Source: a virus (Duplodnaviria > Caudoviricetes). From it: a DNA stretch of 61,833 bases. Location of the stretch: positions 1 to 61,833 of IMG/VR virus record IMGVR_UViG_3300044616_001723; one strand, given 5' to 3'. The notes beneath the pieces were generated by a model. That model worked only from the letters and a program-made list of their open reading frames with translations, had not been told where the DNA came from and made no database searches. The position numbers were made by a program, and so were the translations under genes. This document shows positions 28,960-39,343 of this stretch, in pieces (within the stretch, counting starts at the first letter, position 1; each line of letters begins with the position of its first letter).

Positions 28960-29403
28960 TCACGCCGCAGGCGGGCGCATCGGCGTTTTCATGGCCCTGT
29001 GCGGCTCGACAAAGACTGCCGTCTTTGCCATTTCGATCAGGCGTTCGTCCAAGTGGTTGCAACGCTTTCGATGAACATCGAACTGCCATCGAAAGGTTCG
29101 CGCGTCCGTCGCCACTTGCTTCTCGAGTTGCGCAACACGCGGCGCGATGTCGCCATTGTTCGGGCGCATGAACGCGTCCAGGCGATCCACTCGAAGAGCG
29201 AGCGCCGGCGCGATCGGTGCGGCTTCGAATAGCTCGCGGAGCGTCTGCACGTCCTGTTTTGCATCCTTGGCGTCCTGCCGCGCCTCTTTTAGTTCCGCCT
29301 CCATCGGCCGAAGCTTCACGGCCCAGAGAGCGGCGTACGCGAGCCCGATACCAATCAACAAGAAGATCACGCAAGCGCCAAAGAGAACCATCGGAACCTC
29401 CAT
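28960..29403 (-). CDS. Membrane-anchored coiled-coil protein
   Basis: N-terminal TM segment then heptad-like region. Confidence 0.55.
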   Translation of the reverse strand: MEVPMVLFGACVIFLLIGIGLAYAALWAVKLRPMEAELKEARQDAKDAKQDVQTLRELFEAAPIAPALALRVDRLDAFMRPNNGDIAPRVAQLEKQVATDARTFRWQFDVHRKRCNHLDERLIEMAKTAVFVEPHRAMKTPMRPPAA

Positions 29404-29798
29404 TCAGGCAGCAACGAACAACAGATCAGAAGCGCGCACGCGATGTACTGCAATGGCGACACGATCCATTCATTGATCGCCGCCGAAGCAGGCAAGGCCA
29501 GCACATCCAAAACCCCAGATACGAAGACAACCAAACCGAGCAACGCAGGACGCGACGAACGCCGGCCTCGATACGCCTCGGCGAAGAGCTTCGAGAAACC
29601 CAAGATTGCCGAAAGAATCGGCACGATCGCGCGTGCAGGGTGATCCACCGCAAGCTCAATGTGGGTGTGCATCACGTAAAAGTTTGCCATCACGGGACAC
29701 GCGATCGCCAACGTCACGATCCACGAATGCCGCGCGGCAAAAAGCGCCGTGATGCTCATGAGTCCCGTCACGATGTATAAAAGCGCCTCGTTCATCAT
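29367..29798 (-). CDS. Multi-pass membrane protein
   Basis: About 5 hydrophobic segments from MMNEALL. Confidence 0.55.
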   Translation of the reverse strand: MMNEALLYIVTGLMSITALFAARHSWIVTLAIACPVMANFYVMHTHIELAVDHPARAIVPILSAILGFSKLFAEAYRGRRSSRPALLGLVVFVSGVLDVLALPASAAINEWIVSPLQYIACALLICCSLLPEWRFRWFSLALA

Positions 29799-29980
29799 CA
29801 CTGCCCCGTCGACGGCGGAGGTGGTGGCGGAGGCGGGGGAAGTGGTGGCGAAGGGGTTTGCGACGGCGGCGGCTTTGCAATGGTCAAGGCCGTGTTGGTC
29901 GTGGCCACCGGCGCGCACGCCGGAACGAAGACGACGCTAACCGCCGCAACAGACACGAGACATCGAATTGATCTTTTCAC
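29798..29980 (-). CDS. Small Pro-rich putative lipoprotein
   Basis: Signal peptide with VPAC lipobox-like site; coupled on both sides. Confidence 0.5.
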   Translation of the reverse strand: MKRSIRCLVSVAAVSVVFVPACAPVATTNTALTIAKPPPSQTPSPPLPPPPPPPPPSTGQ

Positions 29981-30882
29981 GATTTTGCCCTTTCACTGAA
30001 TGCCGGATGAACCTCTTCGGGATCCGGATCGTAGCTGTTCCAAATGGTCCCGACCATCCGCGCCCGAGTCACGCACATATCGTTAGGCGGACCATCTTCT
30101 TCGTCGAAAACAGATTTGCCGCTGGCCATTCGTTCGGCCATTTCCTTGTCCGCGAAAAACGCTAGTTGTTCACCTGGGAATGATTCTGAACAGCCGACTG
30201 CCCAATATTTTCCAGCATCGATCGGCGCTTCGCCACCACTTCTTGGCCATTCTCGCACGTGGACGATCATGTTGTCGTCGTCGTGCTGCTCGTAGGTTCC
30301 TTGCGCCTGAATGCGATCGGCAAGGTATCGAAGGTCATTCGCGATATCTTTCGGAGAATCGCCAAGTAGCTGGATCGTTGCAATCAACGACTCGGCGCGT
30401 TGCTTCGGTTTCTCCGCTTCTCGGACGGTTTTCCATTCGACGCGCGACTTGCGCCACGCCGGCATAAGGACGCGCCCCCATGCGACACGCACGAGCGTCG
30501 TCCCAACGGATACCAAGAGCACGACGCCAAACAGCTTGCTCTCCGCGGCCTGCACGAGCGCCGCCAACCCCGGCCAGATCCACGTCACCAGCGCGAGCGT
30601 CTTCGTCCGTTGTTCCGCCCTTGCAACTTTTTCCGATGGCAACGGGAGCACGCCACCACGTTCCGCGTGCCGACCCGCCACCGAGGCATCTTCCCGGCGA
30701 AGTTCGGTCTCGTAGAGGCGAAGCACTGCGACCAGGCCATAGGCCAAACCGGATCGGACGCTCGTCACGATCGGCAGCGCGCCTACGACGAGCAAAACGA
30801 ACTCCAAAAGAAAGTTCGCCGCACGCTCATACTCGAACGTTTTACGGCGCGACTTGTCCAGGTATTTGTGAATGAAAGACAT
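29977..30882 (-). CDS. Membrane protein
   Basis: Several TM segments; GGAGG SD; first gene after site 5. Confidence 0.6.
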   Translation of the reverse strand: MSFIHKYLDKSRRKTFEYERAANFLLEFVLLVVGALPIVTSVRSGLAYGLVAVLRLYETELRREDASVAGRHAERGGVLPLPSEKVARAEQRTKTLALVTWIWPGLAALVQAAESKLFGVVLLVSVGTTLVRVAWGRVLMPAWRKSRVEWKTVREAEKPKQRAESLIATIQLLGDSPKDIANDLRYLADRIQAQGTYEQHDDDNMIVHVREWPRSGGEAPIDAGKYWAVGCSESFPGEQLAFFADKEMAERMASGKSVFDEEDGPPNDMCVTRARMVGTIWNSYDPDPEEVHPAFSERAKS

Positions 30883-30937
30883 CTTGGATCCTCCGTTGGT
30901 CTCGAACGCTGCCATGTAACCGACGTAATGTCTAGAG

Positions 30938-30962
30938 AAAAGTTTCAAAGACTTGAACTTTT
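30938..30962 (-). promoter_or_regulatory. 25-bp palindromic site 5
   Basis: AAAAGTTTCAAAGACTTGAACTTTT; 3 nt upstream of TAGACA. Confidence 0.85.
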
Positions 30963-30978
30963 CTCCGTTGCCTATGCT

Positions 30979-31434
30979 TCACGGGGCGCGAGACTTTCGT
31001 CTGCCGACTTGATCGGCACGCATGTGCTCGCGTTTACGCGCATCTTCCAGCGCCTTGTCTCGCTGTTCTGATGGAATGTGGTTCACGAACGTGGCAACAT
31101 CGGCAGGCGTCGCACCAGCGCACCACGGCGGAACTTGCTCGAGCGTTGACCACATGCATCTGCCTTCATCGGGCAATTTCAGAACGCGTTCCTTGCTGCC
31201 GGCGAACCGTTGCCTTGGGCAACCTGATCCGCCTTGCTGCTTCACTTCGGCGCATACCACGCACTTGTTCAGGAATCGATGCAGGTAATCGACCTTGTCT
31301 TCGGCGCTCTCCGTTGCGCGTGTCTTATTGTAGGCGGCCCGTTCCTCGGCAGCCCTGGCACTTCGCCGATCGGCGCACTCCATGCACTTGTCGGCACTCG
31401 GCAAGCAGGGCGGCCCATTCTCGCATCCGAGCAC
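30979..31434 (-). CDS. Hypothetical Cys-rich protein
   Basis: CMEC and CVVC motifs. Confidence 0.45.
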   Translation of the reverse strand: MLGCENGPPCLPSADKCMECADRRSARAAEERAAYNKTRATESAEDKVDYLHRFLNKCVVCAEVKQQGGSGCPRQRFAGSKERVLKLPDEGRCMWSTLEQVPPWCAGATPADVATFVNHIPSEQRDKALEDARKREHMRADQVGRRKSRAP

Positions 31435-31643
31435 GATCGGCTCGTCCGCGGTCCCTCATATCTTGAACTCGTGCAGGCGACGCCCGTGCGGGCATTCTTC
31501 GACGCACACTTTGCCGTGAGGACACTTGTGCGCGATGACCCGATCCACCGGGACCGCGCCCCACTTCGCCGCGCGCCATGGCTGAAGCGTCAGGCACCGC
31601 GGGCATTCGATAACGAACTTCGGGATCGGAACTTCTTTGGTGC

Positions 31644-32186
31644 TCATGGTCGCTTCGCGATGGCCATATCTTGCAAAAGTTCACGCACGAGCGCCCATTC
31701 GCGATTTCCGGCACCGCTCGCTACGTACACCCGCAGTTTCTTAAAGTTGTGCGAGTTCTCTCGGATGAAGTCTTCGCAAGCCGACTCGGTAAAACATGCT
31801 GTGACGAACTTCCACCGCTCCTTTCCGCGTTCGACACGTGACTCCTGCACCAAAAAGATCGGGTTATGCGTGGATTGGTTGTCCTGATCGACGATTCTTT
31901 GGCCAATCGCCCGCAGTCGCCCGAGCAGCACGACCTTCGACGAATCGATTATTTCGCCGCCTTTCGCGCAGATCAAGACGAGTTCTGCACAAATAGCACG
32001 TCCAAGAATTCCAAGTGGCATTTCAAGCCCTATGGTCCCACCGTCTGGCGTCCGAATCTTGCCACGGAAAACGAACTGACCTGGCCATATTTTAGAAAGT
32101 CGCTTCTCTTCGCAGTCTTTTTGCACATGACCATCTAAGCCGCATTTTTTGCACGTATTCAATGACGCATCCATATTCGTATTCAC
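31644..32186 (-). CDS. Hypothetical protein with CCHC zinc knuckle
   Basis: CKKCGLDGHVQKDC; C-terminal FVTACFTESACEDFI phage-type motif. Confidence 0.6.
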   Translation of the reverse strand: MNTNMDASLNTCKKCGLDGHVQKDCEEKRLSKIWPGQFVFRGKIRTPDGGTIGLEMPLGILGRAICAELVLICAKGGEIIDSSKVVLLGRLRAIGQRIVDQDNQSTHNPIFLVQESRVERGKERWKFVTACFTESACEDFIRENSHNFKKLRVYVASGAGNREWALVRELLQDMAIAKRP

Positions 32187-33277
32187 TCCGAAATGTCCTC
32201 GGTTCCTCGCGAACTTGCCGCCGCTGCCTCTTTTTTGCGAATGTTCCGTTGGGCGAATTCGCGCCCACGTGCATCTTTTTGATGCTTTTTGACCAGAGCG
32301 TCGGTCCCCGGCGGAAGCACCGGGCCAACATGCGCATCACGAAGTCTTTGTTCGTGCTCCTCTCGCGCCTCATCTGAAATGGGCGTGTCTGGCATGAGCC
32401 CCCAAGGATCCGGTTCGCTCGCGGGTATCGACGGCAATAACACGTCTCTGTCGTCCTCTTGTTCTTCGATCTGAAGAATTCTTTTGTACGTTAGTCGCAA
32501 TGCGTACGTCGACGCACTGCTTGTACGAAAATGATAATCCTGCGATTTGTCGCTCGGTATTATCATATCCGTCTCGATGTATTCCAATTGCGCCGGGTTC
32601 GTCCTGACGTATCGAAGCAAGTACAGCAACGTCAGTACCGGCGTTCGACTGACGATTTTCACGGTTTGGCTGACCTGCGTCAAAACGATCCCCTCGGCGA
32701 GCAACGCTGCACGACCGGCCCGAATGATGTCCGTCGTGCGTGCCGTTTTGTATTTCCGTCCGTCCGCCGCCACGGCCGGCTCGGTTTTTCGAATTGTTTC
32801 CACCGCCATTTGCGCGCGGCCCAAGGCAGCATCGAGCGTATTGGCCTGAAGATAGTTCCTTGCCGCCGCGCTATCGTTGCCCTCGTTTGCCGGCGCGAGT
32901 CGAAGCTGTGGAGCGATCCACGCCGCCGGTGGCGGTTCTGATGGCTCTGCCGCTTGTTCTTCCTCGTCTTCTTCTTCGTCCGGCTGCTCTTCGTGCGTTT
33001 CCTGTTCACCATCGCTATCGCCGCCACCACCAGATCCCGGAGCGTCCGCCACTTGTGCCGGTGGCTGGTGGCTGGTGGCTGGTGGCTGCTCTGAATCCGC
33101 GGAAGCTGGTGCGCCCGGAAGGTGGTGGCCTTGATCTCGATGCCGGCGAAGTGGTGATTCCGCCACTTCGAAGCGCCGTGCGACTTCGGCGATCATGTGT
33201 TTGACAGAAAGCGCCGCGTCTATTTCGACGCGTCTTTCTTGCTTGCAAATGCCGCATTTGGGCTGTCGTGTCGACAT
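32183..33277 (-). CDS. ERF-family single-strand annealing protein with N-terminal Zn-HTH
   Basis: LDAALGRAQ...YKTARTTDII...LLAEGIVLTQ...SSASTYALR...EDD ERF pattern; N-terminal CGICKQERRVEIDAAL...LRRHRDQGH. Confidence 0.7.
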   Translation of the reverse strand: MSTRQPKCGICKQERRVEIDAALSVKHMIAEVARRFEVAESPLRRHRDQGHHLPGAPASADSEQPPATSHQPPAQVADAPGSGGGGDSDGEQETHEEQPDEEEDEEEQAAEPSEPPPAAWIAPQLRLAPANEGNDSAAARNYLQANTLDAALGRAQMAVETIRKTEPAVAADGRKYKTARTTDIIRAGRAALLAEGIVLTQVSQTVKIVSRTPVLTLLYLLRYVRTNPAQLEYIETDMIIPSDKSQDYHFRTSSASTYALRLTYKRILQIEEQEDDRDVLLPSIPASEPDPWGLMPDTPISDEAREEHEQRLRDAHVGPVLPPGTDALVKKHQKDARGREFAQRNIRKKEAAAASSRGTEDISE

Positions 33278-33415
33278 CCTCACCTCAATATCGAGATCCG
33301 CTCGATGCGTAGCGGGTCAAAGAAAGCCGCCCTTGACGGTGACTCGTTTGTCTCTAACGAACCTCGACCGTCCACCGCTTCACTGAATACACCACCACCC
33401 ACCACTTCGCAAGCG

Positions 33416-33440
33416 AAAAGTTCAAGACGTTAAAACTTTT
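33416..33440 (-). promoter_or_regulatory. 25-bp palindromic site 6
   Basis: AAAAGTTCAAGACGTTAAAACTTTT; 3 nt upstream of TTGCGA. Confidence 0.85.
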
Positions 33441-33826
33441 TTGGTGGCTGATCTGGTGGCGTGCGGTGACGTGTCACGGCTTGTCATTCTGGATTCTATT
33501 CATTCGCCCGCCCCGATGTTGGGCAGGACGTTCGCGCGTGTTCTACTCTTCGCGCAGTAGGCTTCGGGGCTCGGTGCTCTTCGCGGTTGCCGGGCCATGC
33601 CCGCCTTCTCCGCTGCCGCTTCCCGCCGAGCTGACCACGTGACGGATGCACACGAGCAAGGCGAACCGTAGCGCCATTCCAGCGAGAAGCAGGGCGGCCG
33701 TCTTCCCGCCCGGAATGGCCCAAAGCCCAACGATGACCGCGAACACTTCGACGGCGAGCGTGTCCGCGTACTTTTTGAACGATTTGACGAGCATGCCGCC
33801 ACGTATACACCATCCAACGCAGTGCG

Positions 33827-34447
33827 CTAGTTCGTTGCCTGCGCCCGACCCGATCCCATGTTGATCGGCGTCTTGCCCAAGATTCCGCATGCAATCTTGA
33901 GATCTTCCCACACCGTCGCCTTGGACTTCGGAACCCGAAGGCAATATGCCGGGTGAAACGTCGGGATCAGCTTTGCCCCACTCGGCAGATCGAACACTTT
34001 CCCGCGCACGTCCCCGAACTTCGAGAACAGCTTCGGCACGAGCACTTCGCCCGCCGTCTGACCTAGTGCAACGATCACCTTCGGCTTGACGTGCTCGAGC
34101 TGGGAAATCAGGTACGGCTTGCACGCGTCCACTTCGTTCGGCGCAGGCTTTCGGTTTTCCGGAGGCCGGCATTTCACGACGTTGCATACGTAGACTTCGG
34201 ATCGCTGGTATCCCATTGCCTCGATCATCTTATTCAGCAATCGTCCAGACGCACCGACAAACGGCTCTCCGCTCGCGTCTTCGTCCGCGCCGGGACCTTC
34301 CCCGATGAACACGAGTTCCGCATACGGATCCCCGCTCGCGAACACGACACGCGTGCGCTTTTCATGGAGACGGCAAAGCTTGCAGCTTCCCGCCCCCGCC
34401 GCCATCACCTGCAAAACATGTTTCCTCGAGTCTTCCGGCTGTCGCAT
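33827..34447 (-). CDS. udg: Uracil-DNA glycosylase, family 4
   Basis: CKLCRL, GEGPG, PFVG, NVVKCRPPENR, TFHPAY. Confidence 0.93.
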   Translation of the reverse strand: MRQPEDSRKHVLQVMAAGAGSCKLCRLHEKRTRVVFASGDPYAELVFIGEGPGADEDASGEPFVGASGRLLNKMIEAMGYQRSEVYVCNVVKCRPPENRKPAPNEVDACKPYLISQLEHVKPKVIVALGQTAGEVLVPKLFSKFGDVRGKVFDLPSGAKLIPTFHPAYCLRVPKSKATVWEDLKIACGILGKTPINMGSGRAQATN

Positions 34448-34480
34448 GCTTTCCTCGTTTCCTTCGTACGATTCGTTTGC

Positions 34481-34930
34481 TCACTTGCAATAACAAACGT
34501 ATTCTGGGCACTTCTCGCAAATAACAGACTCGCCGACGAGCACGTCTCGCTGCGCGACGATTGTACGGTCATTCTTTCCGTCGTATTGGCGAATCGTGAT
34601 CGTGTCGTAGATCGGAATGATCGGCCCATCCAAACCGAGGTATTTTTGGACATCGCCCTCTGCTTTGCCGATCCGTTTGGGGGTCAAGATCCGCCTACGC
34701 TCCGCGAGATAGACCGCACACACGAATGCCATCAAAAGCTCGTACGGCGTGCAGAGTACCCGATCGTCACGGGCAACAGCATTGCGCAGACTTTCGGGCG
34801 CACCAGCGAGCAAACAGCCCGCTTGTGTTCGGTCATCGAAATAAAGTTCCCAATACATGTCTCGACCTTTCTGCGACAGCATCAAGTGATCGGCGTCCGT
34901 CCGATCACTCGATGCGTCATGCCCAATCAA
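34481..34930 (-). CDS. Hypothetical protein
   Basis: In operon; C-terminal Cys cluster. Confidence 0.45.
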   Translation of the reverse strand: MIGHDASSDRTDADHLMLSQKGRDMYWELYFDDRTQAGCLLAGAPESLRNAVARDDRVLCTPYELLMAFVCAVYLAERRRILTPKRIGKAEGDVQKYLGLDGPIIPIYDTITIRQYDGKNDRTIVAQRDVLVGESVICEKCPEYVCYCK

Positions 34931-35601
34931 TTCAACTGATTCTTGGAACGCTTCGGCTTGTCGTCCCGCACTTCGAGGATCTTGGCTTGCTCTTCTCGGA
35001 GCGCCTTGTTCTTTTCGCGCAACAAATCGGCCACCTCTCCGATCTGTTCCGATGCCATTTCGTACATCTCCGAATCTTTAACGATCGCGACGGCTAGTCG
35101 CTTTCGGCGAACGCTGAACAGCGCTACACACACCGCCAGCAACGCTATCGCCAAACCGGAAAACCAAAGCGACGCCGCGCCATTTAGAAGTATTGCAGCA
35201 AGCACGAGCGTCACCACGATCATGAATTCGCGCAATGCGTCGAACATCTTCACAACGTACCCGACAACCGGCATCGTCTCCGGGCTCGTCTCTTCCTCGT
35301 CTTGCGGGGCATTTTCTGACCAAGGCCCAACCGCAAAATCGTCTCCGATGTATTGCGAAAGCATAATTTGGCTGTTCAGCCCCTTGCCCTTCGCACTGCG
35401 CTTGCTCGTGTCCTCGATCCACACGTGCGCGATCGGTAGACCAGAGACGATCAAGCCATGCTTCCCTGATTCCAGCAACGTGTGAAACCTTGCGAGCGCC
35501 GTCTCTCGACTGCATTCGTGCGCTTCGCCATCTGGCGCATACACGTGAGGTTCGCCGTTTTCAGCCGCGATTTGACTTTTGAAGAAAACCTTGAAGGTCA
35601 T
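34927..35601 (-). CDS. Membrane protein with coiled coil
   Basis: Two TM segments; GAGG SD. Confidence 0.55.
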   Translation of the reverse strand: MTFKVFFKSQIAAENGEPHVYAPDGEAHECSRETALARFHTLLESGKHGLIVSGLPIAHVWIEDTSKRSAKGKGLNSQIMLSQYIGDDFAVGPWSENAPQDEEETSPETMPVVGYVVKMFDALREFMIVVTLVLAAILLNGAASLWFSGLAIALLAVCVALFSVRRKRLAVAIVKDSEMYEMASEQIGEVADLLREKNKALREEQAKILEVRDDKPKRSKNQLN

Positions 35602-35686
35602 AAGCTGCACCTCTCGATCGGCAATGCCCCGGCGATGCGGTTGTCCGCATGCAGCCGAGGCCATTACACGAGCGCGCGGTGCGTCG

Positions 35687-36025
35687 TTATCTGATTTCGG
35701 TGCGCACCAGGTAGAACTGCGCGGCGTCGAGAAAAACGCCCTTCCCTCCGGAGTATGCATCGAACGAAGCCCACATACTTTTTGAAGCCCCCGCGAATTC
35801 AGGCTTGTCGAGTTCGTTGATCCCGATAGGCAAGTCCACGTCCGAATCTTCCAGATCCGAGATCACCAAATACCCCAACACTGCGCTGCCTTCGCACCAC
35901 TGCGGATCCTCGCCATTGAATTCTCGGCAGAATTCTTCCAATTCAACGCTATCGTCCCCAAACAAAACCGTATCTGATTTGCGTCGTTTCGCTCCGTACA
36001 TCAAGCTCAAAACTTGTCTGCCCAC
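35687..36025 (-). CDS. Small acidic hypothetical protein
   Basis: D/E-rich 112 aa. Confidence 0.5.
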   Translation of the reverse strand: MGRQVLSLMYGAKRRKSDTVLFGDDSVELEEFCREFNGEDPQWCEGSAVLGYLVISDLEDSDVDLPIGINELDKPEFAGASKSMWASFDAYSGGKGVFLDAAQFYLVRTEIR

Positions 36026-36359
36026 GATCCACCTCGTTCCGTTCTATTGTTTTACCACAATGGCAAGACTGAAAAGCAGCATGAGTGCTCGCGCTGCACC
36101 TGCACTCGATTCGCCTTCCGTGTGTTCGCATTGCTTGCGCGAGCAGAACACGCGCTCAGTTTGATCGTGTTTGACCCACGTCCAGTTGCCGCAATGGGCG
36201 CAAGGTCGGGGCGCGTATCCGGCATTCGCCGCATCGATGGCCGAACCATGGAATGAGGGCATCATTGGCCAACTCCTTGGGTAACTTGTCCGAGGTGGGT
36301 CGTATGCAGCTCGATTTGCATACCCGAATGATGCATCCGTCCAGTGCACCGTGCAAGAG

Positions 36360-36384
36360 AAAAGTTCAAGTCTTTAGAACTTTT
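36360..36384 (-). promoter_or_regulatory. 25-bp palindromic site 7
   Basis: Identical to site 1; 3 nt upstream of TTGCAC. Confidence 0.85.
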
Positions 36385-36409
36385 CTTTCTGGTCTCGTTT
36401 CGTAGCTGT

Positions 36410-36781
36410 TTACGCGATGCCGCGTGCGCCGAACATGGCCATGGCAACCAACGGCGTCATGGTCCGCTTGTATCCAAGCGTCTTCGTGTGTTCGCTCGGC
36501 ATAAACGCCACACGTGCGCCGCCCGGACCATCGGCAGCGATAAGCAAAGGACGCCCGAACGGGCCGGGGACAACATCAACCACGACCCTCGGTCTGCCAG
36601 TGCACTCGCCCTTTCCGCAGTCGCACGAGACCACCGTGCCCGGCGGATATTGCACGAGCAGCGCACGTGCCTCGTTTGGGTACGGGAACAGCATCGCCTT
36701 GCACATCGTCTCGATCGAGTTTGGGCAGATCGGCGCCTCGAGCCATGCGCCAACCCACTGGTTTGTCTTTGCTTCGTTCAT
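36410..36781 (-). CDS. Hypothetical protein
   Basis: Follows a TTGACA promoter near 36815-36820. Confidence 0.5.
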   Translation of the reverse strand: MNEAKTNQWVGAWLEAPICPNSIETMCKAMLFPYPNEARALLVQYPPGTVVSCDCGKGECTGRPRVVVDVVPGPFGRPLLIAADGPGGARVAFMPSEHTKTLGYKRTMTPLVAMAMFGARGIA

Positions 36782-36816
36782 GGTAAAACCTTGATAATTC
36801 CGCACGTTTTTCGATG

Positions 36817-37092
36817 TCAAGCGGCTTTTTCTTGTGCTCGTACTTTTTTCTCGACGCGCACAAGCGTTTCTTTTCTCACACGTTCCACTTCTGAAGCCTG
36901 CCGGTGTTGCGACGCCGTGTCGTGGATCTCGACGTACGTGTACGTGTCGCCGTGCTGCCATTGCCGAACCGCGCACGTCACCTTGCCCGTGCGGCGTTCC
37001 GCCAAGATCCTTTGCTCCAATGCATCGAGCGCTTCAGGCGTTGCCTCGTTTGGGTGAATCGTGCGAACTTCTTCGATCGTGACTGTAATCAT
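36817..37092 (-). CDS. Hypothetical protein
   Basis: Coupled ORF. Confidence 0.5.
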   Translation of the reverse strand: MITVTIEEVRTIHPNEATPEALDALEQRILAERRTGKVTCAVRQWQHGDTYTYVEIHDTASQHRQASEVERVRKETLVRVEKKVRAQEKAA

Positions 37093-37550
37093 GTTCCGCT
37101 TCCTCTATTCTCGAATTCCGACAGATCGACTTGCCAATTCTCGATCACGCCACTGGCATTGATGTTCATGATGACGTAATCGCCATATCCATCATCGCCG
37201 GGGGACATCATCGTTGGCACGTATTCCCTAATCAATGCCTTCACGACGTTACGAGCCTCATCGAGCAGCTCGTAGTCGCCATCGTCGCAAACCTTGTAAT
37301 GAATTTGGGCCCTCGTACCTTTGGGCCAATCCTCGATCGTCCCAGTTTCCAAGACGATCGTCGGACGCCAATTCCCACCGCCGAGGTGATCGTTATCGGC
37401 TGCCGTTCCCTCTCGGCACGGAATACGTGAACCGTCATCGTCTTGCTCGCCATTAACGATCGCATCTTCCCAATATCGGACACCGCAACGGACGCGTAGA
37501 TATTTCACCTCGGCGGCTTGTCGAACGCCCACACTACTTGTTCTGCTCAT
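37089..37550 (-). CDS. Conserved phage hypothetical protein (acidic)
   Basis: GVRYWEDA...HYKVCDDG...GYGDY motif I recognise from phage genomes; function unknown. Confidence 0.65.
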   Translation of the reverse strand: MSRTSSVGVRQAAEVKYLRVRCGVRYWEDAIVNGEQDDDGSRIPCREGTAADNDHLGGGNWRPTIVLETGTIEDWPKGTRAQIHYKVCDDGDYELLDEARNVVKALIREYVPTMMSPGDDGYGDYVIMNINASGVIENWQVDLSEFENRGSGT

Positions 37551-38001
37551 CTTGTTACCTCTTGTTTCACCAACGTAGAAAACGACTTCGCCACCATCCC
37601 AAAGACATCCGGCGGAATCGATAGAACAGCATGCAGCAAATACCGTGTCGCGTACATTGAATCTCCAGACAATCGAAACACGAATTCGCCGAGACCAGCG
37701 CCATACCTTTCCCTCACGACCATCCGAAAGTCATCACCAGCGATCTGTTCGAGCGAAACGCACCAATGCCGTTCGAGTCTTCGAGCGATCAAATCGGCCA
37801 ACCACGGGACGTGAGTCAAGACATTGATTCCGGTGTAGTGATCACCCACCAGCGCAAATGACTGAGCATTCAGTTCTTCGCGCATTCTCGGCGTGCTCGA
37901 TCCGCCGATCCACTTCTCGATCGCCCACATTAGCGGCTTACACCGATCGCATTGTTTGCACAATGTCTCGCACCCAATTGGAGCCCTATCGCGACGCGCC
38001 A

Positions 38002-38736
38002 TCACCGCACCCGCACACCTTTGGCCAAAAGATTGCCGTGCCCTTGCTCTCGCATGGCTTTCGCGAGACTTTCCGGGATATTCGCGAGCGTCCCGCCGTT
38101 GCCGATGTTCTTCGTACGATTCGTTTTTGTTGCGGCTTTCGATTTTTGGATCGCCTTCGCTCGGAACAACTCGGCGCCATACCGGATTTTCCGCCCAAGG
38201 ATCCACGACCCGATCACAAATCCCGCCGCTGCTGCGTCGCGCCCGTGGACATTGCACCGCCCAACGATTCGAATGTTCCCCTCGAGCGCCGCCGTGACTT
38301 CTGGATCCGTTGCGGATTTGTCAAGGCACAAGCCTGGGAATACCAGCCGGCCATTCGCCACGCGACCGCCTCGAACTTCGTGCGCCGATAGCTGCTCGAC
38401 ACGATATCCGAGCGCCCACGCGATCGACGCAAAGCGTTCTGCCGCGAGACAAGTCGCGTTCACGTCCCTGCCTCGAGCCAAGATTTCTTGCGTCGTCTCG
38501 CCAAACGGGATCCCTTCTGGCGTTTCGACAGCCACCACGCACCGTTCGCGCTCGATGCCCGCGAATGCCGCCTCAATCGCCACCACGACGTCTTTGCGTT
38601 CTGGACCGATCGCGATGCCTCCGGACCACTCCGGGAGCTGTTGCGGCGAGAAGTCCAGGCACGCGGCCCATCGGTGAACCTTGCCAGGGTCGTACCCAAG
38701 CACGCGAAGCTTGCCTTCGTGCTCATTCAGCGTCAT
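38002..38736 (-). CDS. RuvC-like Holliday junction resolvase
   Basis: RVLGYDPG, VAVETP, HGRDAAA. Confidence 0.7.
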   Translation of the reverse strand: MTLNEHEGKLRVLGYDPGKVHRWAACLDFSPQQLPEWSGGIAIGPERKDVVVAIEAAFAGIERERCVVAVETPEGIPFGETTQEILARGRDVNATCLAAERFASIAWALGYRVEQLSAHEVRGGRVANGRLVFPGLCLDKSATDPEVTAALEGNIRIVGRCNVHGRDAAAAGFVIGSWILGRKIRYGAELFRAKAIQKSKAATKTNRTKNIGNGGTLANIPESLAKAMREQGHGNLLAKGVRVR

Positions 38737-38815
38737 TGTAAGTTCTCCCGTAGAAAGCAACGGCCGGGTTTATGCGCCCCGACCGTTGCATCATCACTTT
38801 GCTTTGACGAACCGA

Positions 38816-39196
38816 TCAGTTGCAGCACCAGATCGGATTCGGCACGCCTGTAGACGGCGTTTCAATAAAGAACACATTGCAGTGCTTAGGCGGGTCGACC
38901 GGGTATCCACACAAATATCCGGTCTCCCCGTGCGCACATGCCTTCTCGCGCTTCGGCCAGCAGTCTCGTTCGGGCTGCTGGCATAGGTTCCAAGGCTGCT
39001 CGTAGAGGCATTCCTCGGCAGGCGGCGTCTCTGCCGAATTCTGCTCGCTTTCTCCATTCCCGACACACGACTCGGATCCCTTCGACTCTTCGTCTTGGCA
39101 TTCCACCACCACTGCGGCGCATCCGCCACCACCAGCCACCAACGCCGCCACCACCAACCACCGCCCCATTTTTACTTCGTACGATTCGCGATTCAT
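38816..39196 (-). CDS. Cys-rich putative lipoprotein
   Basis: Hydrophobic signal ending GGC; many Cys; ends IWCCN. Confidence 0.6.
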   Translation of the reverse strand: MNRESYEVKMGRWLVVAALVAGGGGCAAVVVECQDEESKGSESCVGNGESEQNSAETPPAEECLYEQPWNLCQQPERDCWPKREKACAHGETGYLCGYPVDPPKHCNVFFIETPSTGVPNPIWCCN

Positions 39197-39343
39197 CTGA
39201 TGATCCCTTTCCGCGGCGCAACGTTTCCACGGTTCGCCACGAAACAAGCCAATTTCCACGCCATGGATCACATGACGCTTGCAACGATAATGCCTGTCTG
39301 AGACGTCGCGGTACGACTTTCTTTCTTTTTACGTTTCGTCACG

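Noticed and set aside
33064-33085. Three overlapping E. coli Chi sites (GCTGGTGG)
   Set aside because: Chi sequences are taxon-specific and the host is unlikely to be enteric; treated as part of the GGTGGC motif family instead
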